From Eledone cirrhosa (Eukaryota), in NCBI GenBank assembly GCA_964016885.1, contig OZ024756.1:16926001-16990000 (forward strand): DNA of 64,000 nucleotides. Direction: 5' to 3'. The position numbers and the translations under genes are program-made. This document shows positions 54,073 through 64,000 of the stretch, in pieces. The notes beneath the pieces are model-generated. The model ran no database searches. It had not been told where the DNA came from and was given only the letters and a program-made list of their open reading frames with translations. Position 1 is the stretch's first letter; every line of letters starts with the position of its first letter.

Positions 54073-55465
54073 TCACACATATTATAAAAAGAAATGACAG
54101 GAGGCAAAATATGTTGAATTTCTGAGTGTAAACAATATGCACATTTCAGTGACCAGCTTTGCGCAAAAGACTCCAATGTTGTAAGAATTTTCATTTAAGT
54201 TTTCATATTATAAGTATTTGAAATCAAGGAGTTTTTTCATGATCACCCTGTATATTATATACATTATATATCATATATAAAACGAAAAGTCACTGAATTT
54301 ATCTTATCACTATCAACCTGCGGCCATAACTTAGTCACTCAATGAGATAACAAGCGTGCAGTTGAGTGGCAGCATGTTGCATTACAGAGTGCACACAAAT
54401 AGTGAGTATTATGGCAGTACTCTGGTATTGATACATTGCATCAATCTCCTATATATATGCATATATATATATATATATATATATAGATAGATATATATAT
54501 ATATATATATGTATATGCATATATGTAAATATATGCATATGTATGCACAAATATATGTATATATATATATGCATATATATATATATATGCATATATATGT
54601 GTGTGTGTGTGTGTGTTATATTATTATATATATACATGTATAAATACATATATACTTATATATATGTATATATGTATGTGCATGTATAATATAACACACA
54701 CATATATATGTGCGTGTTATATTATTATATATATACACATATATATATACATATACATATATATATAAATATACATATATATACATATACATATATATAT
54801 AAATATACATATATATACATATATACATATATATATATACATATATATATACATATATACATATATATATACATATATACATACACATATATACATTCAA
54901 ACATATATACATAGATATATATACATATATACATTCACATATATACATACATATATACATACATATATATATATATATACATATATACATACACATATAT
55001 ACATACATACATATATACATACATATATATATACATATACACATATACAAATATATATATACATATACACATACATATACACATATACACACATATATAT
55101 ACACACATATATACATATATATACATATATACACATATATACATATATACACATATATACATACATATATACACATATATACATATATATATATATACAT
55201 ATAAATATATACATATATATATGTATATGTGTGTGTGTGAGTGTGTATGTATGTACTTATATAAATGTTTGTAAAACTTCAGACTGAGAAAAGGAAAATT
55301 ATCTTTGTTTAACAAAAAAAACTAATTTATGTTAATCACAAAATAATATCAAAGAAGATGATGATGATAATGACAATGGGAGAAGAGGGGGGTAAATATT
55401 GATTTGATATATATATATATATTATAAAGAAGAGAGAGTTTTATGTACACATCCTGTTTATTATA

Positions 55466-55612
55466 TAATTGTTTCTACTATTGGCACAAGGCCAGAAATT
55501 ACCCAGTACATTACTGGTACTTTTATTTTATCGACCCCGTAAGGATGAAAGGCAAAGTTAACCTCGGCGGGATTTGAACTCAGAATGGCAAGGGCCGTAA
55601 CTCTATGCGTCA
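55466..55612 (-). mobile_element. 5'-truncated Nin-domain-like SINE
   Basis: Core identical to other copies. Confidence 0.8.
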
Positions 55613-55686
55613 AAATAAACAGAGGATGTGTATATAAAACTGTCTTTCTTCTTTATAATATTGACACTCCATCTGATACTTTATAG

Positions 55687-55851
55687 CAGCGGTCCCCAAA
55701 GTGAGTTCCGCAAACAAGTGTCTGGGTTCCGTGAAAAAATTGTAGAGGGGTATATTTATTATATGACCATATAACAGTATTAGACTTTGAGGTTCCCCCA
55801 AAAGTTTGAGCCAAAAAGGGTTCCGCGTTTGAAAAAGTTTGGGAAACCTTG
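55687..55851. mobile_element. hAT (Charlie-like) MITE
   Basis: TIR CAGCGGTCCCCAAAGT / AGTTTGGGAAACCTTG; 8-bp TSD ctttatag / ccttatag. Confidence 0.75.
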
Positions 55852-55963
55852 CCTTATAGGTAATACCTTAAGGTATACATGCCGTAGAGTGTTTATGGCT
55901 GTTTACACTACAATCAGTTGATTAATTAATCAACCAACCATTCTTTACTTGGAATAATATAAC

Positions 55964-56006
<43 letters not shown>

Positions 56007-56215
56007 CCAGATATATGTTATACACACATACCATATACATGCTATTATTTATATATGACGTTTGAGAATTATATGGGTACTGGAATGGAAGTGGTGATAA
56101 TCATGCCTTTCCAAGGGATATATACATATATGAAAGTTGTTCTGAAGAGCAGTGCAAATCCATTTATAAAAAAAAATATCTGAGCAAAACACACTTAGTG
56201 CTGCATCCTGATGAC

Positions 56216-56264
<49 letters not shown>

Positions 56265-56268
<4 letters not shown>

Positions 56269-56945
56269 TTTCTGGTTTGGGCACAAGGCCAACAATTTTT
56301 TTTAAGGGGAGGAGAAAGTCGATTAAATTAATCTCAGCACATTACTGGTACTTTACTTTATCAATCCTGTAAGGATGAAAGGCAAAGCTTACCTCGGTGG
56401 GATGTGAACTCACAACATAAAGAGACGTAACCATATGCCACAAAGCATGTTGTCTGACGCTCTACCGATTCTACTGCCATTCCAATAATAATGGTTTGTG
56501 AATTAGGCACAAGGCCAGCAATTATTTTTTTTATGGGGGGGGGGGAGAGGGGGTCAACTAAATTGACCCCAGTACTTGATAGATATTTTATTGACCCTGA
56601 GATGGATGAAAAGCAAATCCAACTTTGGCAGGATTCGAATTCAGAATCTAATGAGCTGGAAGAAATAGCACAAGCAATTTTGTCCAAAGCTCTAATGATT
56701 CCACCAACCCACTGCCTCCATTTTCTACCATAAGCTCAATGCCAGATAATGGGAAAGAGGGAGGAGGGTGTAATAGATCATATCATCCCTAGTATATGAC
56801 TGGTATTTTATTTTATTCATTTCCCACCACCCCCTGCACCCCCTCCCTCTCCACACACACATACACAAGGATAAAAGATAAAGTTGACCATGGCAGAATT
56901 TGAATACAGATAACAGAGAGTCAGAACAAATGCCACAAAGCATGA
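56265..56945 (-). mobile_element. Tandem cluster of three older Nin-domain-like SINEs
   Basis: Degenerate gcacaaggcca and ggatgaaaggcaaag cores. Confidence 0.7.
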
Positions 56946-58868
56946 TTCTGCTAATTTTCCCCTTTAAATCGTTCAACCAAAATCTTAAGGAAATTTAAAC
57001 AGAAAGAGCTCCATGTAATTGATATTAATTACTTTTTTTTTTTGTTTCAAATAGTTTTATAATATCAACAACAACAAAAAATCGAAGTTCGGATTAGAAA
57101 ATGGAAAGAACTACCAAGTCAGACAAAAAGTGTATATATTAGAAATATTGAAAAGATGTCCTGAAACTTTCAAATATTTCAAGCAGTCTTTACAGCAAAG
57201 ATTACCAAAATGAAAAACGAAACCTTATTAAAATGAAAATGTATGAAGATATATAGATATCTACCTCAACGCCCCAATCTATGAACACACACACATATAT
57301 ATATATACACATACATGACATACACGCATGTTTGTGTGTGTGTGGGGGGGGGGTCACTGTGCATGAACAACGTGTGAAAAAGGAAAGCGAAAGAAAAATA
57401 TAACATGAAAAAATGCCAAGGGAGATAAATGTGAAGATAAAGGGAAGTAACTTATGTTAAATTTTACCCACTTATTCCTGAGACGGTTGTGATGCAGAGG
57501 ATCTTATATATGTATATGAGTGTGTATATATATATAAATGCATATATATGTAGGTATGTTTATGTCAGTGTATCAGATAGAATAAATATGTATGAATGTA
57601 TATATGCGAGTATATGTATATATATGTGTGTATTCGTGTCTAGAGTGAAGTAGGCATGGGGCTTGTAATAGAAATGGCAGTAGCTCATTGATTGAGAATT
57701 GTATAAGAAAATATTGGAAAGAATGGCAGTTATTGTAGAAGAGACAAAAAAAATGGCAGTAATTGTAAACCCCACCCCACCCCTTCACTTAGTGTCTTTT
57801 AAGCAATGTTTCTTGTTTGTCAACTTCAATATTGTCTTCTCTTCCCTGTTGACACAATCCTGTCTGTCTGTGTGTCCCATCTTTAAATGTCTTTATCCCT
57901 AGCAAGCTGTATCTTGTACATCTTTCACAATAGAACAGAACAGAATTTATACCATGTGAAATGTTTGGTAGTCTCAGAGGATGAAAATGGAGAATGTGTG
58001 CACATGGAAGGATGACAAGTTGGAGAAGATATGCTGAACTATTCAGGTCCTTTCATGGAGCTATTTTATTGGAGATGGTCATCTCCAGTACAATCAAAGT
58101 TTGGCAACCCAGGATGCCCAATGTTTTCCACTGCTATGGGTTCATTTAAAAACCTATCAGAGATCAGCCAGCTTGTCCTTTGTAGTCCTGCCATCTTCAG
58201 CCTGTATTGTGGGTGACAAAACCTCATTCTGACACCAATTTCACCAGGTTGTTACAAGAGAAGCTATGGCTGTAGTTTGCACAAAGGAAGAAGTGTGTTA
58301 CTGTAACCAAAGACCTTTATTTATTTTTCTCCACACAAAATGCTGGTATCAGGCCAGGTGAATATCTCTCTAAGTTGTTATTAGTTGTCTCTAACCAGAT
58401 TCATTCACAGCCTCACCAACTTCCCTGAGATCAATTACCACTAGTTTCCTCTAGTTTTTCCCTCTGATTTTACTTTGGTTACAAGTTCTTCCTCCTCCCT
58501 CTCTTACTGGTCTTCTTATCTTTTGCTACTCTCAATCTAATGAAAATTGGTTAATTTGCAGACCACTAGACCACCTAACCATGGCCACCCAGATGATACA
58601 AACTGTACACTTTTCTGACATTGATGTTTTAAAAAATCATTTAACTTGACCATCCCCCACCAACTGTCACATTTTTCTCATCTCCACATTTTTATCATTT
58701 CCCTGCCTATCTCTCTCACTCTCCCCCTCTATCTTTCTCTCTCTCTCTGGCTGCCTTCATTTTACTTTTTCTTAAACCAGGTTATATAATACAGATGATC
58801 TTAGATCAAGTCATCTTGTACAAATGATCTCAGATCAATTTGTCTTGTACAGATAGTCTCAGATCAAG

Positions 58869-58952
58869 TCATCTTGTATACTTGATATCAGAGCAGATCA
58901 TCTGGTGGAACATAGTTTCTCTCATATAGGATGCTGGAGCTAAATCTGATCT
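58869..58952 (-). CDS. Speculative terminal coding exon of an unidentified gene
   Basis: Strong polypyrimidine tract and CAG acceptor at 58953; two short open frames; unique UTR-like sequence downstream; no homology recognised. Confidence 0.2.
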   Translation of the reverse strand, partial: RSDLAPASYMRETMFHQMICSDIKYTR

Positions 58953-59361
58953 CTGTTGAAACACAAAAAAACAAAAAAGAATCAACTCCCTTGTAGAAGT
59001 ATGCAGCATGGGCAAGATTTGGAGGACATTTTTCATTGCAAACATTTTCCAAAGATCCATTTTTATCACAAAAGTAATAGCAGGAAACAGACAACAACAA
59101 TAAGAATGTAAAATAGACATAATATACCTGATGATGAGGTTGAGTGAGGTGGGACAATGAGGACAATGAAGAGCCTAATGACAAAAGCAACTTACTTCAC
59201 TCTGAATTCAGTTTAGCAAGGACTTAACGTTGTACATCATCTACCTCACATACACACAGAAATATTTGTACACATATGTGTATATATATATATACATATG
59301 TATATATATATACATATGTATATATATTTATATATACATATGTATATATATATATATAAAC

Positions 59362-59411
<50 letters not shown>

Positions 59412-59725
59412 CAATTTTTAATTTGATTTGCGAGATTTCTTGTCTGAAAACGTGTGTTATACTTTGGGAGGGTCATGCTACCAATAAAAGCACATGCACC
59501 TGTTGGTTTTCACTTCAATTTATTATTAGTTTCCAGTTGGTTGGTTCGATAACCAGAAGATTGTTTATATATTGTCAAAGCTCTTTCATCACACATTCTG
59601 TGACCTCCTCAGTGTCTAGGTTTTTATTTTGTGTCTCTCCTTTGTTCTGTCCTAGACTATCTTGTTTTTGTGACACAAAACAAGATGGTGTGTTTTTATT
59701 GGCAGGCATGACCCTCCCAAAGTAT

Positions 59726-59785
<60 letters not shown>

Positions 59786-60490
59786 AAGGGAAATACATAT
59801 GTAATAATATAATATATATTTTTTAAATTTTAAATATAAAAAATAGCTCACTCCTTTCCTAATCAGTTGGCAGTTTCAACTAGGTGGTGGTGAAGGGGGG
59901 TGGGGGGGGGGGGGGGGGGTTAATTTACACAGATGTCAGTGGTTTTGTTGCTGGTGTTGGTGATGGTGAATTGTGTCGTTTAACATCAGACCATCGATGG
60001 CTGTTGAGGGTCAGTAGGGTGGGGAAAGTGTTTCAAAGGAGGTGTGTGAGTGGGTGGGGGAATATAAACTCATTTTAAAAGAGAGAACAGGGTACAAGAT
60101 AGCATAGAAAGGGTGTAGGGTCAGTGATGGTAGAAGTAAGGGGAAGTATCGGGAAGCCTGATCATCTGCACCTCACTTTCACCCCTCAAATAAAACCTCT
60201 CTCTCTCTATATATATATATATTTATATATATATATATATATATATAATAGAATTAGGATTTAGCTTCAGATATGTATTGGAATTTCATATTTCTAAAGA
60301 AACACGGTATGTTTGTAGATAAACATTTAGAAAGCCGGAGCTATGCAAAAAAAATACGAAATTCCAATACATACCTGTATACAGCTATGCAATATATATA
60401 TATATATAAACATGCGTACATATATATACATGCGTATATATATACATATATATATATATACATGCGTATATATATATATTTGCACATATA

Positions 60491-60751
60491 CAGGGTGTAT
60501 CAAAAGGAATCATCCGATTTGTAAAGACTATATTTTAAACAAATTAACATCATGTTTGTACAATATACGTCTGCGTATAAGGTTTTATTTACAGTTTTTT
60601 ACAAATGCTCAATATGCCCTCCTCTGGACACACAGCATACATCTACATGATATATTCAGACATGTGTGTACAAGTTACCACATGATTATATGGTCATTTG
60701 TTAAAAAAATATACCCTTTTGAGATTAAGTGATTCAGTTTGATACACACTG
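60491..60751. mobile_element. mariner-like MITE
   Basis: TA|CAGGGTGTATCAAA...TTTGATACACACTG|TA. Confidence 0.8.
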
Positions 60752-61500
60752 TATATACATACACACAATTTTATGCCTGCTTTCCACGCTGACATGGGGT
60801 GGGTTGAGATGGGCCTAGTTTGCCCATCTTGCTCATACATTTTATATTTGGCATGGTCTCTATGGCTGGATACCCTTCCTAATACCACTCACATACACAT
60901 GGTGTACTGGGTGTGTTCTTTTTTCATAGCACCACCAGTACCACTTTACAGAGAGTATCGGGTGTATTTTATCATAGTATCAGCACTAGAGAGGTTGTCA
61001 CATGCTTATCCAGACTAAAGGGTCCTTAACCCTCTTGGCACTGCAGGCGACTGAATGTGCCGACAGAGTAATCTCCCCTTAATACATAATACAGTATCAA
61101 GGGAAGCAATTCATTAAAAAAAATCAGCTTTCAGAAGATTAAAAAACCCAGATTATCTCTAGTTGATGACTAGCACTGTAACCTCCAGACACTCACAACA
61201 TTTACTTTTTGTGTTGCAGTGCTTGTACAGGAGAGTGTTTTTTAAAATATTATGGTATATCGCCGGTCACCTCAGTCATGTATCTTGAGGTGATTCTTTA
61301 CAACTTTGTCCCATGTCTTCCTAAGTCTCCCTCTTCCACAGGTCCCAACCACTTCAACACTCACTCTCCTTATATATCACATGATCATACTAACTACGTT
61401 TACTTTCATTCTGTTGTTCAAACACACTAACATCACAATATATAACATATCAATGAGAAACTGGATGGATAAGGAGATATGTATACACACACACACACGC

Positions 61501-61535
<35 letters not shown>

Positions 61536-61981
61536 GATACACACATACGGATACACACACATATAAATATATATATATATATATACATACATACACATAG
61601 AATGAGAGAGAACAAGAGAAAGAGAAATGCGTGTGTATATACTTTACATACATGCTTGCTTACATAAATATATATATATATATATAAAGCACACATACAT
61701 ATATATATATATAATAGATTAAGAAAAGTGTAATGAAACATTTAGAAAATATTAATTTTCAATATTTTGGTACCAAACAGCCAGATAAAGAGAATATCAA
61801 CACCTTTGACTTTATGAATAGGGTAATGTTGCTCAAAATATTGAGAATTAAATGAATTAAATAAGACCTTCTAAAATGAGGTTCTTTTAAATAAATACAT
61901 ATACCCTTATTTGATAATAGTTTGAAAACATTTTACCCAAAAGAAAAAAATAACTGTTTACAATTTATATACATATACATG

Positions 61982-62029
<48 letters not shown>

Positions 62030-62149
62030 TGTATGTGAGTGTGTGTGTGTATATATATGATATATATATGTTGTTCTTTGGGATTCATAGACAACCACAA
62101 CTTCAATGTTGGGTGGAGTATTTTTGGCTGTGGGTTCAGAAGTGACTGG

Positions 62150-62815
62150 AAACCATTACTCCACATGTGAGTAAGTGCTGCATTGGAAGTGGATTTTGCT
62201 TGTGCCCTCAGTGCATAGCATCTCCTCTGAGCATCTGTAAAGCATCTGCTTTCGGCTGCACATGTTCCCCCGAAGACCTTGTTTCAGCAGGCTGCATGTT
62301 GCAGAGCAAATGCTTCCCAATTACTGGGATTGATGTAGAGGTTTTTTGACGGACACATTTAGACTGACTTAGAAACGTCTCCTTTGTCCACTGACCAAGT
62401 GCTTGCCTTTATCTTAGCTCGCCATACCATAGGTATTTTGATAGTCTGCTGTTTTTAGAAACACCTCTTTTGTCCACTGACTGAGTGCTTGCTGTTGCCT
62501 TTGCTCTCCATACTGTTGGTATTTTGATAGTCTACTTTCGTTAGAAACATTTCTTCTGTCCACAGAATGAGTGCCTGCACTTGGATTAGCTCTCCATACT
62601 GTAGATATTGTGATAGTCTACTGTCTGACTTCCTGATAACATGACTTGTCCATTGATTTGGGCCTAGTGTATGACAGTGTGGACACTGTAGGTTCTTGGT
62701 AGTCTTGTCAGACATCCTAACACCATGACATGTCCATCTGACTTGGATCTTCTCTATGATGCTGTGGACACTGTGGGTACAAGCCCGTTTCACGACCTGC
62801 TTAGTAGTGAGGCTG
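62150..62815 (-). mobile_element. Degenerate RTE (BovB-like) 3' fragment with an internal about 82-bp triplication
   Basis: RWTCHGVRMSD, LQYGEL and GQKRCF peptides; ttagaaac...gtccac...gatagtct occurs three times. Confidence 0.65.
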
Positions 62816-63251
62816 AATCCTCTTCGATTATACATATGTTTTTTTCAATTTTTTCTTAGATTTCTCAATGAGAGATTCTATTATTATTATTATTATTATT
62901 ATTATTAAAATTCACAATACATACACATATACAGACACGCGCATCATTAACCAGTAAATGTATATAAAATAGCATAATCCCAAATATATTTATCATTAGT
63001 ATCATTATTATTGTTGTTGTTGCTATCATCATCATCATTATCATCATTTTCATTTTCATTTGAATATCATCCTTTGACTCACTCCCTAGCAATAACATAT
63101 TATTTCCATTCCCCTCCATGGGCAAAAGCAACATGCCCCTCCACCCCCACCCCCCAAAAGGAATAAAAACATTAAGAAATCTCCAGTATGACTGAAACCA
63201 GCGAAAGAATAAAAGAATATATATATATGTGTGTGTGTATATGTGAGTGTT

Positions 63252-63284
<33 letters not shown>

Positions 63285-63562
63285 CATATATATATCATAT
63301 ATATATATATATATTTGATGGCTTATAAAGTGTACTCCATGCCCCCACACTACAAAACAAAAATCAAAAAAAATCAATTGCCCCCAGAATATGAGCCTGC
63401 ATGCTTTATAAACACAAATTGAGGGTTTGGGTTGGTTACTAGCAAGTGACCTTTCAAAAAAGGGGCCTGCAAAATTTGTTTAGGTGCACCCTCAAATACA
63501 GTGTGTGTGTATGTTTGCGTAATATAATATGTATATATATTTGTGTGTAATACATATGTATA

Positions 63563-63625
<63 letters not shown>

Positions 63626-64000
63626 GTGGCTATGTAATATATATGTATATATATATGTGTGTATGTAATATATATGTGTGTGTGTGTTAACTGATAAATC
63701 TCAAATCCGATGAAAGGTGGGGGGTTGGAAAGTGAATACCATTAATAATTCTTGATATTTTTTGTTATTTTTGTTTCTCTTTTGTTTGTTTCCAGAGAAT
63801 GTTTCCTGCCAGTAAACGGTGCCACTGACCATTTTATTTCATCAACCAAACCATTAAATATATTATAGGATGAAAAAAAGTCAACAGTTTTCACAGTAGA
63901 TAAAAAAAAACACTCAACACAGAGATTTTTTTTTTTTTAGAAACAATAACAACCACCAAAATAAACAATTACTATATCAGAGGGACTGATTCTTCCAAAA

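Noticed and set aside
61200-63815. Plus-strand acceptor-like sites at about 61219 and 63796
   Set aside because: No supporting reading frame or recognisable peptide

Overview
AT-rich, microsatellite-saturated eukaryotic DNA, most likely a coleoid cephalopod such as Octopus; this is inferred from the repeat repertoire and not verified. Only one host coding exon is convincing: the first coding exon of a C2CD2/C2CD2L (TMEM24)-like SMP-domain gene on the minus strand (10419-10853). Almost every other listed ORF is a translation of (TA)n/(CA)n repeats or a retroelement fragment. The window holds RTE-clade LINE 3' ends, several tRNA-derived SINE families (one borrows the RTE 3' tail), a decayed near-full-length Penelope-like element (PLE), Helitron-like elements and several MITEs. 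The most striking signal is a dense set of about 15 short elements embedded in (TA)n. Most carry a type I hammerhead-ribozyme-like motif, many are fold-back inverted repeats that place the motif on both strands, and many share a GAGTRY motif 44-52 nt upstream of the (TA)n junction. Their cores show recurrent non-canonical variants (U3-A8, C4, U-U at the base of stem II, greatly extended stem II). All coordinates and pairings were read by eye and need computational confirmation.
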